DNA from: Octopus vulgaris
Taxonomy: Eukaryota
Direction of reading: 5' to 3'
Assembly: GCA_951406725.2 (NCBI GenBank)
Contig: OX597828.1
Coordinates: 11,284,001-11,348,000 of the forward strand
Length of the DNA stretch: 64,000 nucleotides
Below the pieces are notes generated by a model, which saw nothing but the letters and a program-made list of their open reading frames with translations, was not told the origin of the DNA and did not search any database. Shown piece by piece: positions 1-16,615 of the stretch (the first letter of the stretch is position 1; every line of letters begins with the position of its first letter). The position numbers and the translations under genes are program-made.

Positions 1-184
<184 letters not shown>

Positions 185-339
185 ACTGTTTCATTGTATG
201 AAGCAGACTATCGGATGTAGTTATTCACCGCTATTCACAATGCACTTCCTCGCATTGTTGTAGCATCCGATTGATGCCACCTCGCTGGCTAAGCGCACAA
301 ACCACCACTCTCCTTAAATGGTTCGCTTTTCCGTTGCAG

Positions 340-480
340 AGTTACCAATTTACTGCTGAGCGGGCTGGAGTGAAATGAAATAAAATATTTTACTCAAGAA
401 CACAACACAAAGAGGGTTTCGTGGGGTGGATGCAACTATCTTGCGAATGTGAATGCAGCATCGTAACCATTAGGCCAAGC
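340..480 (-). mobile_element. Old tRNA-derived CORE-like SINE fragment
   Basis: Minus strand begins tggcctaatggtta (A-box-like) and continues to gtgttcttgagtaaaatattttatttcatttcactccagcccgctcagc, like the CORE-type copy at 15335. Confidence 0.55.
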
Positions 481-648
481 ACCTTCACACACGCACGCAC
501 ACGCACACATGTCTGTCTGTATTTATATATGTATAAATACTCGTACATACATACATACATACATACATGCATACATACGTACATACGTACGTACATACAT
601 ACATACATACATACATACATACATACATACGTACATACATACATACAT

Positions 649-1185
649 GTAATTATTGGGGCCCTGCCTAAATACTAATCTTGAGAAATTGGGTTTCTCA
701 AAACCAGAATGGAGAAAGCTGATTCGAAGACTATAGATCCAAACCATCACTGGAACTGTAAAACTGTAAAACTTTCCAGAAGTTTATCATTTAAATATAT
801 ATATATTTCTTTACTGCCCAGAAGGGGCTAAACATAGAGGAGACAAACAAGGACAGACGAAGGGATTGAGTCGATTATATCGCCTCCAGTGCGAAACTGG
901 TGCTTTATTTATCGACCCCAAAAGGATGAAAGGCAAAGTTAAATATATATAAGCATGTCTCGACATGCAACTACATGCATGAGAATACATACATAAAACA
1001 AAACGCCCAAATATGCACATGAATTGACGCCAAATACTGCACATAAATGTCAAAATGTATATACACGTAAATGTCAAAATACCTTGTTGATGTATTTAAA
1101 ATTCCAATGAAGGAACCTTGTGTTTAGTTAGAAACTGGCCCATTTTGTATTGGAAAAAAATCTTGAAATAAAACTGAATAATGAC
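649..1185 (+). pseudogene. 5'-truncated R4/Dong-like (RLE) non-LTR retrotransposon 3' end, copy 1
   Basis: With frameshifts and a stop it reads VIIGALPKY / TNLEKLGFSKPEWRKLIRRL*IQTITGTVK / CKTFQKFII*. This resembles the 'IVIGALG...LQ...GT' C-terminus of RLE elements. It is followed by a 3' UTR and starts directly after (TACA)n. Confidence 0.65.
804..938 (-). mobile_element. SINE-B1, 5'-truncated, inside the R4-like 3' UTR
   Basis: B1 tail plus central domain, flanked by ttaaatatatat on both sides (TSD-like). It is absent from the paralogous copy at 1607-1915. Confidence 0.85.
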
Positions 1186-1188
1186 TTA

Positions 1189-1586
1189 GGCGCAGGAGTG
1201 GCTGTGTGGTAAGTAGCTTGCTTACCAGCTACATGGTTCCGGGTTCAGCCCAACTGCGTGGCACTTTGGGCAAGTATCTTCTACTATAGCCTCGGGCCAC
1301 CAAAGCCTTGTGAGTGGATTTGGTAGACGGAAACTGAAGGAAGCCCGTCGTATATATATGTATACATATATATGTGTGTATGAGTTTGTGTGTCTGTGTT
1401 TGCCTCACCCCCAACATCACGTGACAACCGATGATGGTGTGTTTACGTCTCCGTAACTTAGCGGTTCGGCAAAAGAGGCCGATAGAATAAGTTCTAGGCT
1501 TACAAAGAATATGTCCTAGGGGCGATTAGCTCGACTAAAGGCGGTGCTCCAGCATGGCCGCAGTCAAATGACTGAAACAAAAGAGT
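1189..1586 (+). mobile_element. SINE-A (tRNA head, CORE-like segment, internal microsatellite), full length
   Basis: ggcgcaggagtggctgtgtggtaag (A box), gggttcagccc (B box), ttgggcaagt CORE-like motif, (TA)n/(TG)n, tail ggtgctccagcatggccgcagtcaaatgactgaaac. More than 12 copies in the window. Confidence 0.93.
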
Positions 1587-1606
1587 ATACATACATACAT
1601 ACATAC

Positions 1607-1914
1607 TAGGCTTCTCAAAACCGGAAAGGAGAACGCTAATTCGAATACTGCAGATACAATCCATCACTGGAACTGTAAAAATCTGAAAAAATATCCAGAA
1701 ATTTAGTATTTAGATATATATGACAATGTCTAGATATGCAACTATATGCATGAGAATACAGGCATGAAACAAAACATACAAATCTGCACATATGCATACA
1801 TACATACATACATACATACAAAAATACCTTGTTACTGATGTTGAAATTCCAATAAAGGAATCTTAGATCTAGGTTAGAAACCGAATCTTTCTCTATTGAG
1901 AAAACTGAACAATG

Positions 1915-1915
<1 letters not shown>
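1607..1915 (+). pseudogene. 5'-truncated R4/Dong-like 3' end, copy 2
   Basis: Diverged paralog of 690-1185 (LGFSKPERRTLIRILQIQSITGTVKI), flanked by (TACA)n-type tracts. Confidence 0.65.
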
Positions 1916-4468
<2,553 letters not shown>

Positions 4469-4526
4469 TCTCGCTTCTGCCATTGGCCTACAGTGACGTA
4501 TCGCTTAAACTTATAGTTAATAATGT

Positions 4527-4650
4527 TTTCTACTTTAGGCACAAAGCCCGAAATTTCGGGAGAAGGGGCCATTCGTCTCCAGTTTGCAACTGGTACTTAA
4601 TTTATCGATCCTGAAAGGATAAAAGTCAAAGTCAACCTCGGCGGAATTGA
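4527..4650 (-). mobile_element. SINE-B2 fragment
   Basis: Central domain ctggtacttaatttatcgatcctgaaaggataaaagtcaaagtcaacctcggcggaatt with a B2-type tail. Confidence 0.8.
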
Positions 4651-5389
4651 TGCATAAGAACCTTCATGCGATAAATCTCTAACATTCTCTTCAAAAGAAT
4701 GAATGGCAAATGCCATTTATGTAAATCTATTACAGAGGGTACCAGCTAAAATCTGTAGCACGTAATAGGGAAAATAGGCTACTAGCTCCAGATCTTGGTT
4801 TGCTGACGCAAGAGGCCGAGAATCTTTAGTTGATGAGCTACAGGTAGCTCTCCGATCGTATCTTTTCGATCCTAACACGGTGGAAGTAACCGGCGTCCTG
4901 GGACCCAAACATCTGCCTAGTGAGTTTTATTGGGACAGAGATTGCTCACTGCTTACATGTATCCCGCAATTAGAATGTCTCTTTCAGTGCACCATTTTAC
5001 GGAGTCACACTATTGCAATTTTGTCATCCGGAGCAACAATATTTTTGCACGACTCGCTGCAATATATTTACCAAGAAAACTAAAAAATTCAATTTTCAAT
5101 ATAGTGTCAAAGATTTATGTGAAAATAAATAGATGTTTGTTATTTAAAGCCATTTATTATATTTACACAAGGTCAGTGTCTGTGAAAGATGTTTATATTC
5201 TGTTGAATTTACAGGTACAGGTTATTGATAGTTATTTAACAGATGCCGAAATGATATAAGATAGAGGTCGACTGTACTGGAATTTGCAATTAGTTCGTAA
5301 AGGTACATGATTATTCTATAGAATATGAAACGCTTTTGTTATCCACTAAATTAATATTCTTCAAACAGATGGGTAGATAAATAAATATA

Positions 5390-5444
<55 letters not shown>

Positions 5445-5568
5445 TAATTATTATTTGAGGGAATAAAATCCAAACTTACAAGGAAAAAAATTCAATTTAG
5501 AAATACTATATCAAATTTCACATAATATAATATATATATAAAAAATTGACAAAAGGTGTTTTTTTCTA

Positions 5569-5605
<37 letters not shown>

Positions 5606-5606
<1 letters not shown>

Positions 5607-5781
5607 GCGCAGAAGGGGCTGTGTGGTATGTAGCTCGCTTACCAACCACATGGTTCTGGGTTCAGTCCCACTGCGTGGCACCTTGAGCAAGTGTCTTCTA
5701 CTATAGCCTCGGGCCACCCAAAGCCTTGTGAGTGGATTTGGTAGACGAAAACTGAAGGAAGCCCGTCGTATATATGTATAT

Positions 5782-5813
<32 letters not shown>

Positions 5814-6043
5814 GTGTGTGTGTGTTTATGTGTTTGTCTTTCTGTGTTTGTACCCCCAACATCGCTTGACAACCGATGCTGGTGTGTTTACGTCCCCGTA
5901 ACTTAGCGGTTCGGCAAAAGAGACCGAGAGAATAAGTACTAGGCTTACAAAAATTAAGTCCTGGAGTCGATTTGCTCGACTAAAGACGGTGCTCCAGCAT
6001 GGTCGCAGTCAAATGACTGAAACAAATAAAAGAGAGTAAAAGA
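5606..6043 (+). mobile_element. SINE-A, full length
   Basis: Colinear with 1189-1586. Confidence 0.93.
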
Positions 6044-6195
6044 TGTATATAGTAAATTTAAGCATTTCAAGTAAATAAATTTTGAGAAACCGATAGTTAA
6101 AAATATTTAGTTTAATGAACCTACAATGAAGTAGGGTCATATAAAAGCAGAAATATGCTTATAAACAACAAATATAGATTTTGTAAGAAGTACAA

Positions 6196-6486
6196 ATAAC
6201 CGACACTCCGAGGAGTGTTCCACTTGATCAGCTCAATGGAACAGCCTGCTCGAGAAATTATCGCTCAAATAGCTGAACACTCCACAGAGATGCGTGCCCT
6301 TAACTTAGCCCTCAAGGAGATTGAGCGTGGCACAGAATGTAAAGAAGCTTGTCCTTGGCAGTTGAGTGGATTGGAGCAACGTGAAATAAGATATCTTGTT
6401 GAAGGACACAACGCACCGACAGGGAATCGAACTCATGACTTTACGATCGTGAGTCGAATGCCCTAAACACTAAGCCACGCTCCTTC
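6196..6486 (-). mobile_element. tRNA-derived CORE-like SINE with C-type tail
   Basis: Minus strand: gtggcttagtgtttagggcattcgactcacgatcg...gagttcgattccc head, a CORE-like middle, and a tail shared with 45050-45224. Confidence 0.8.
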
Positions 6487-7038
6487 ACAAAATTACAAGT
6501 ACCGCTGGCATAGTATGCTTATCGCGAGCATCTTCTATGTCGCCACACAAACAGTGAAAATATTTGTTTGTTTTGTCAATACAAAAGGGAAACAAAACTA
6601 CTGATGTTATAACTTTGATGTCTTTCCCAAGGCAAAAGTGATGATAAATATATTTCGAATGCGATACGAAAACACATCGCAGATTCACTGGGAGATTATG
6701 GTTTGCATTTCTGTGCTCAAAACAAAAAGTGGATATATTCTATTCCGTACGAGAAGCCCAAGGTCAATGTATTATTATTTAGTGCTGAGTTCCCCGAATT
6801 AGTGATAAGTATGCCTCTGGCCAGCAGAGACTATGATACAATTTCATTTCCCAGTTTCAACTATTTCACTCCATATCTGGTGTGTCTGCTTCTTTCTTTT
6901 CTGATCCGAAGACTATATAATATTGTTAAATAGAAAGGGTATTTTTTAGCTTAAGTCGTAATTTTCAATTCTCACTTGAAGTAAACTTCACATACATATC
7001 CTCACTGCCGCTTAAATATATAAGGTTTCCTGTGTCTA

Positions 7039-7231
7039 CTCTTTTACTCTTTTAGTTGTTTCAGTCATTTGACTGTGGCCACGCTGGAGCACCGCCTTTA
7101 GTCGATCAAATCGACCGCAGGACTTATTTTTTGTAAGCCTAGTACTTATTCTATCGGTCACTTTTGCCGAACCGCTAAGTTGCGGGGCCGTAAACACACC
7201 AGCGATGTTGTGGGGACAAAGACAAACACAT

Positions 7232-7271
<40 letters not shown>

Positions 7272-7476
7272 CACAGACATATATATATATATATATATAT
7301 ATATACGTATGTACGACGGGCTTCTTTCAATTTCCGTCTACCAAATCCATTCACAAGGCTTTGGTTGGCCTGAGGCTATAGTAGAAGACACTTGCCCAAT
7401 GTGCCACGCAGTGGGAATGAACTCGGAACCATATGGTTGGTAAGCAAGCTACTTACCACACAGCCACTCCAGCGCC
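7039..7476 (-). mobile_element. SINE-A, full length, TA-flanked
   Basis: Reverse complement of the family; its empty-site paralog is at about 7957-8065. Confidence 0.93.
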
Positions 7477-8984
7477 TAGATGACAAAAAAAAAGAAAAAG
7501 AAAACATATCTATATTGATATGATATAATTCCTTGTAATATATTGTGGCAAACGTAAATGAACTTGATTGAACTTTGAAATACAGATACATATTGTCTGT
7601 GAGGAGAATTTTTTCCGGAGGCTCTTTCGCAGCGACAGGTCTTCCCGTGTCCAAGTGCACAATATGATTACCCTCGAAGATTTGTGGGGTTTTTTTATTA
7701 TCCTACAATATGAGGTACCATCGTGCTAATATTTTTCCAAGGTACTTAAATCTGATCTAGTTAACAACGCACTTCTCAAAATTTGATTTTCTCTTTCTAG
7801 TACATAACACTCACTTGATTATTAACTTTGATTTTATGTATTTTAAGATAAATTACAAGTGAACGGTACCAAATTTAATTTAAATTGTGAAATACGTAGA
7901 CGTAACGATCACTCTGTCAGAGATTAAAAAAAAAAGCAAACAAGAAAATAATATATATTTTCAATTCCAGAAGTAAATTTCACATACATATCCTCACTAC
8001 CGCTTAAATATATAAGGTTTCTGTATCTAGATGTATAAAAAAAAAGAAAGAAAATATATCTATATTCAGCTATTAGGAGACATAGCTTCGTATATAATTC
8101 CTTGCCACCCAATTATCAATCGCAGAAATTCTTTAGAAACTTCTACTTCTTGGAGTCTAATTCCTTTTTGAAATGGAATATTTGCTCTTGTAATATATTG
8201 TGGCAAACGTAAATGAACTTGATTGAACTTTGATTAATAAATTCCAACATCCATTGCATTTCAGAATAACAGAATTGAGAAAGCTTGTGTAACAAGTTGA
8301 TATATGTAATTAAAGCTATCTCTAAGTGAAAGCCCTCGGGTATTATAGTTTGAAAGATTAAAAAGTAAAAGAGAAAGAAAGAAAAGGAAAGAAACAAATA
8401 GTTCATTGACAAATAATTCATTGTATTTACTTAGTGAAAGACAACTGGAAGTTTGTCTTTCGCTAGAACAGTGACGACTCGAAATAACTTCATAACGATT
8501 GTGACATTCCAATCAGACATTTTACAAGAAAATCAGAACGAAGTGAAAAATCACGTGGGCGCTTTCGAATTAGCTTCGTAAGAGAAACGATAATGGCTTT
8601 AAGCAAGACTCGAAAACGAGTCGTATCTTGACCTTCCAGAAATTTACCACTTTCTCTATCGATTATTGCACTTTTTAAGTGTGTTCCATTAGCATTTAGT
8701 AATGAGTTCAAGTCTAACTACGGAATAGCTATCTTTTTTAATGTACTCTACATTAAATATGTTAAAGCTAACTTAACTCTTATTTTTAGCAATGGTGGTG
8801 TCCCTCACTTATTCTCTAAACAATTGTATTTGCCTACTCCAACCATTATATGTCATCATAAATTTATTTGCTTAATAAATCACTCAACACTATTCAATAA
8901 CTACGGAAAGATTACATTTCACTGACGAAGTCATAATAATACCGAAACATTTGAGAAAGTTGCAGTCCATATTTGTTGTGGTAA

Positions 8985-11548
<2,564 letters not shown>

Positions 11549-11994
11549 ACGCGACAGGGTTTCAAGGAAGACCAATACGAAATAAAGTGGGATGTCTCCA
11601 AGATTATGTACAATATATAGAATTACAGTTTGTTTATTTTTAATTTGAATAACGATCTTCAGTAAGGTTTACTGAATGTTACAGATTCAGTTGAAAATAT
11701 AGATAAATATTTCACTTTATTGTCTGTAATATTCCAGACTTTAGTTATATTTATCGCTGACTTATCTTTTATTCACAGTGTTCTGAACCCATTGCAGTGT
11801 GTCGAACAAAGATGGTATGATGTTTCGTATATTTAAAATAGATTCGTAACTACTATGATGAAAGGAGAAGAAAGGCGACAATTAGTTATTTGTATCAAAG
11901 CTTTCTCAAATGACTCTATGAACCAACTCATTTAAAGTCAATGCTAAAACTTCACTAGTCTGAGAGGGAGAAGGAGCGAGTCGTTCGGGGTTTT

Positions 11995-12291
11995 TTTCCC
12001 TTTTCGAGCCATGCCTGGCTCATAAGGGCCGGTTTCCCGGTTTCTTTGGCGTATAGGTTCCCCATCTGGACGGGACACCGGTCCGTCGCAGGTGAGCTGC
12101 AAGATGCAGGAGAAGAGAGTGAGAGAGAGTTGTGGCGAAAGAGTCAGCAGAAGTTCGCCATTACCTTCTGCCGGAGCCGCGTGGAGCTTAGGTGTTTCGC
12201 TCATAAACACACACATCGCTCAGTCTGAGATTCGAACCCGCGATCCCTCGACCGCGAGTCCGCTGCTTTATCCACTAGGCCATGTGCCTCT
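11995..12291 (-). mobile_element. SINE-D, full length
   Basis: tRNA head (tggcctagtgg...gggttcgaatctc on the minus strand); homologous to 39672-39971. Confidence 0.9.
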
Positions 12292-12463
12292 ACGTTCGTT
12301 TTTGTAAATGGCCTTTAAAAAGTAACCAAGGTTAACGCAGCAGTTTATTGTCAAGGATCAGCCCGCATAAATTAAGTCTTTCTCATTTATGGAGGTTGCT
12401 ATAAGATTTAATAATAGAAACATCTAACTGTTCTTTGCCAACACTTCTTTCTCCCTTTCCTGT

Positions 12464-12513
<50 letters not shown>

Positions 12514-12532
12514 TACACACACACACAGACAG

Positions 12533-12591
<59 letters not shown>

Positions 12592-12596
<5 letters not shown>

Positions 12597-13201
12597 TTAA
12601 GGGTAGAAATCAATATTTATCAATTAAAACCAGTGGTCTAGCATATTAAAAAAGAATCCGAAGATTAAAATATTTATATATACCAATTAAGGACTGAACA
12701 CAAAAAGTGGACAGTCAACATGCTAGATATAGACGTCAAATCGCCATTCTCCACAAAAGATTATGTTCTCAAATCAAACCCAAGCAATAAACAAGTTAAA
12801 ATATACGAAATAAAATACTTATCCATGTACTGATCAGTTTCGGCTATTATTATCCGCAAGGATACCTGTAGCCTTCATCAGCATGGCCCGTTATAAATGC
12901 AATTTGCTGGGCTAGATGCAAAAACGATACCGGAGTATCGCGTGCGTGGAGTTCAACCTATTACATTCGAATGTATCTTTCAAATGCCTTTACTTTGGCG
13001 CGTTGAGACCCGAAGAAACTAGCCTGCAGCTAATAATTAGCAGCAGTCAATTTATAGGTTGGAGAACATATTTATTTATATAAAATTAATTAAGGGTAGA
13101 AATCAATATTTATCAATTAAAACCAGTGGTCTAGCATATTAAAAAAGAATCCGAAGATTAAAACATTTATATATACCAATTAAGGACTGAACACGAAAAG
13201 T

Positions 13202-13206
<5 letters not shown>
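12592..13206 (-). mobile_element. Non-coding Penelope-like/retrozyme-like unit with ~120 bp terminal direct repeats
   Basis: 12592-12713 is repeated at 13085-13206 (period 493 bp). (TA)n on both sides, an internal hammerhead fold, and no ORF. Confidence 0.75.
12823..12886 (-). ncRNA. Type I hammerhead ribozyme
   Basis: Minus strand: CCATG-CTGATGA-A-GGCTA..(tatcc ttgc ggata)..TAGCC-GAA-ACTGATCAGT-A-CATGG. Intact core, helices I and II, palindromic helix III, GUA cleavage triplet. Confidence 0.85.
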
Positions 13207-13252
<46 letters not shown>

Positions 13253-13255
<3 letters not shown>

Positions 13256-13481
13256 ACATCACAATCAAGGAACGGCCATAATAGGCCATTCACCCACTAG
13301 AAATAACAGCCAAAGCTTCAACCGCAAAATAACATTTTAGTGGGTGAATGGCCTATTATGGCCGTTCCTTGATTGTGATGTTGAACTTATAAATGGTCTA
13401 TGACTATTTAATTTTTTCCCACTAGGCCGCTGGTGGCAAAAAAAAAATTCTACAAAATTTTTTTTTGCCACCCTATATTGA

Positions 13482-13490
<9 letters not shown>
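13253..13490 (+). mobile_element. Penelope-like terminal fragment with a perfect 47 bp fold-back
   Basis: 13253-13299 is the exact reverse complement of 13338-13384. Second hairpin ggtggcaaaa...ttttgccacc. Lies between (TA)n tracts. Confidence 0.6.
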
Positions 13491-13540
<50 letters not shown>

Positions 13541-13541
<1 letters not shown>

Positions 13542-14330
13542 TAATAAAAGGGTTCAGCAAAGATTTGCTTCACCACACACCGAAGTTTAGAAATAGCAGC
13601 CAAAAATCTTAGCTATTTATTAGTATTACTTAAGTTTACCGTGAAATGGTCCTTTTTTCATACCGAATTCTACTTGGTGAAATTATTGATTACTTCTTAA
13701 TTAATTAATTTTACCCTTTGTTATTATTGATAATAGAATTTTCTGCCTGGGAACAAACTGCAGATTTTTTTCTGTAGTAGTTTACTTGAAGACACACGCG
13801 GACGGGCGGGGGAAGCTAAGCGAACCTCATTCATATTTTGAATTCGGCGGTGCTAATATTGAACATCAACGGTCTAATACCGTTAGGTGGAAAGATTTGT
13901 TCAACTATTCCAGTACCATCGAATTATCGTGGAAAGCCATGCTGATGAAGAATATGGTTAGTAAAGTATAATTTTATATTCTTTATGCAAAACCTAATTC
14001 AGAAACGCGCGTCCATGGACGACCAGATATTGATTGATTTTCATTGCTTTACTCTCTGCTTGTGTGAATAATCTTCAAGTATTTTGGTTTCTCTGAGAGA
14101 CCCTTTTTAAAGTAGAAGAAATAGCTAAGACTTTTGGCTGCTATTTCTAAACTTCGGTGTGTAGTGAAGCAAATCTTTGCTGAACCCTTTTATTAGTATT
14201 ACTTAAGTTTACCGTGAAATAGTCCTTTTTTCATACCGAATTCTACTTGGTAAAATTATAGATTACTTCTTAATTAATTAATTTCACCCTTTGTTATTAT
14301 TGATATTAGAATTTTTTTACCCTTTGTTAT
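13541..14330 (+). mobile_element. Non-coding Penelope-like unit with direct and 5'-inverted pseudo-LTR pieces
   Basis: 13541-13618 is an inverted copy of about 14118-14196; 13618-13742 is repeated at 14190-14315 (period 573 bp). (TA)n-flanked with an internal hammerhead. Confidence 0.78.
13937..14018 (+). ncRNA. Type I hammerhead ribozyme with extended stem II
   Basis: CCATG-CTGATGA-aGAAT...ATTCa-GAA-ACGCGCGT-C-CATGG. GUC triplet and palindromic helix III; the base of helix II is imperfect. Confidence 0.75.
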
Positions 14331-14345
14331 TATATATATATATAT

Positions 14346-14384
<39 letters not shown>

Positions 14385-14435
14385 TACATATATATATATA
14401 TATATGTATATACATATATATATACATATATATAT

Positions 14436-14478
<43 letters not shown>

Positions 14479-14479
14479 G

Positions 14480-14620
14480 ACCTCAGTACTTATTTTTAAA
14501 ACCTGGTACTTATTCTATCTCTCTAAGTTATGGTGAGGTAAACAAACCATCACTGGTTGTCAAGCGGGGAGGGGACGAACATATATACAAAGACGCACAC
14601 AAACACATATATATGTATAC

Positions 14621-14674
<54 letters not shown>

Positions 14675-14712
14675 GGAGAAATGTATATATAAAAATAATT
14701 TATATGTGTTTG

Positions 14713-14743
<31 letters not shown>

Positions 14744-14745
14744 AT

Positions 14746-14783
<38 letters not shown>

Positions 14784-14935
14784 CTATATATGACATGCTT
14801 CTTTCTGTCTGCAAGATCTACTCCCAAGGCTTTGGTCGGCCCGGGCCCTAGTAGAAGCGACTTGCCGAAAATGGTACACAGTGGGATTGAACCCGGAACC
14901 ATGCAGTTGGGGAGCAAACTACTTGCCCACATCAC
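14480..14935 (-). mobile_element. SINE-A, diverged
   Basis: Head and middle are recognisable around an expanded microsatellite. Confidence 0.8.
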
Positions 14936-15334
14936 ACGGATGCTTTTAAAATGTTCATCTTTAACGTAAGGACAATGACAAGAAATATTTTTCTTTTTTT
15001 CCTTTTCTTTATTTTAAACGCCATGAGAATGTTCTCCGAAAAGAAGAAGAAAGTTTGGGGGATGAGAAACACTTCACGTTATAAACCAAAACCTTATTGA
15101 AACTTATAACACTAGACGATACTTTTAAAAATCACATACAACTAAGGAAACTTGGATCAAATCTTTTGCCTTCAAATGGATGGAAAATGTGTAAGGAAGT
15201 GTTGTGAAAACTTGAAGCAATTTCTCCATCAAACTGTATTGTTCAAAGGAAGATAAGCGCGTTGACTTATGACATTAAGGATCACGTTGTACAGGAGATG
15301 AAGTCTGAAACATTTGGCCTATTTGCAATTCGTG

Positions 15335-15580
15335 GGGGCGCATGGCTTAGTGGTTAGGGTGTCAGCGTCATGATCGTAAGATTGTGGTTTCGATTCCTGG
15401 ATCGGGCGACGCGTTGTGTTCTCGTGCAAAACACTTCATTTCACGTTGCTCCAGTCCACTCAGCTGGCAAAAATGAGTAACGCTGTGATGGACTGGCGTC
15501 TCGTCCAGCTGGGGAATACATACGCCGTTGAAACCGGGAAACCGGGCCCATGTGCCTGGCTAGGCTTTAAAAGGGCACAT
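15335..15580 (+). mobile_element. SINE-E (tRNA head, CORE-like middle, D-type tail)
   Basis: tggcttagtggttag and ggtttcgattcc boxes; caaaacacttcatttcacgttgctccagtccactcagctg; tail gatggactggcgtctcgtccag...gaaaccgggccc. Confidence 0.85.
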
Positions 15581-16179
15581 TTATTTTATTTATTATTTTC
15601 AATTCAGTTTTATCGATTTATGAGGTATCATTTTTCCGGTTGATAGTATTTGCATATTTTCACTCAGCTTCTTTTACATTGGATTATCTCATTTATTCTC
15701 CTTTTGAAACAAGAACCAAATCCTCGGATATTTTAGAGAAATTTCGTCTTTAACGAAAGTACAAAATTTTTTGTGATCTAATGTGGGTATACAGATGGAG
15801 CACCAATTATGATGGGAACAAAATGTGGAATTCAAGGTCGTGTTGAAAACACGAGCCCAAGAAGAGAAAGTAAAATAAAATACACAAGATAATAAAAGTT
15901 CGATGACTTTCATGTAATTTAACGATTATTATTTGAGCTTAGAGATTAGCTCGAATTACTTTTTGAAGTCATGATATGATGGAATATTTTGCCTGACTGA
16001 ATGGATCATGCACTTCGCCTATTTAGTTGGTGTTTTTTGAGAAGCTAAAGAAATAGAATCTTCAAATGCAAAGCAGGAACACACATCGGAAATGCTATTT
16101 ATTCCTTGAGCACTTTCATGTGCGGATTGGAAAAATCGAAGAGAAAGATTGAAAATATTGTAGCATTTCTTTTATGTCC

Positions 16180-16379
16180 TATCTTTTACTTGTTTCACGC
16201 ATTAGACTATGCCCATGCTGGGGCACTATCTAAAAGAATTTTCAGTCAAATGTATCGACCCCAAGGTCTTATGCCATCAATGTCTTTTGCCAAACCGCTA
16301 AGTTACGGGGATGAAAATACACCAACACCGGTTGTCAAACGGTGTGGTGTATGTCTGTGTGTATGTCTGCGTGTGTGCA

Positions 16380-16413
<34 letters not shown>

Positions 16414-16615
16414 TGTGTGTGTATGTGTTTGTGCGTGTGTATGCATATACATATGTAAGACGAGCTTCTTTCAGTTTCCGTCTACCAAATCCACTCACAA
16501 GGCTTTGGTCGGTCCGGGGCTATAGTAGAGGACACTTGCCCAAGGTGCAACGCAATGGGACTGAACCCCGAATCGTGTGGTTTGAAAGCAAGCTTCTTAC
16601 CTCACAGCCACACCT
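16180..16615 (-). mobile_element. SINE-A, diverged
   Basis: Colinear reverse complement of the family. Confidence 0.85.

Noticed and set aside
1189-1265. tRNA-like heads of SINE-A, B, C, D and E as tRNA genes
   Set aside because: They have A and B boxes but run directly into SINE bodies and do not form clean cloverleafs.
8130-8900. Possible decayed transposase; similar impressions at 4700-5050, 9480-9830, 16620-17100 and 38250-38690
   Set aside because: I could not read a diagnostic motif; BLASTX would be needed.
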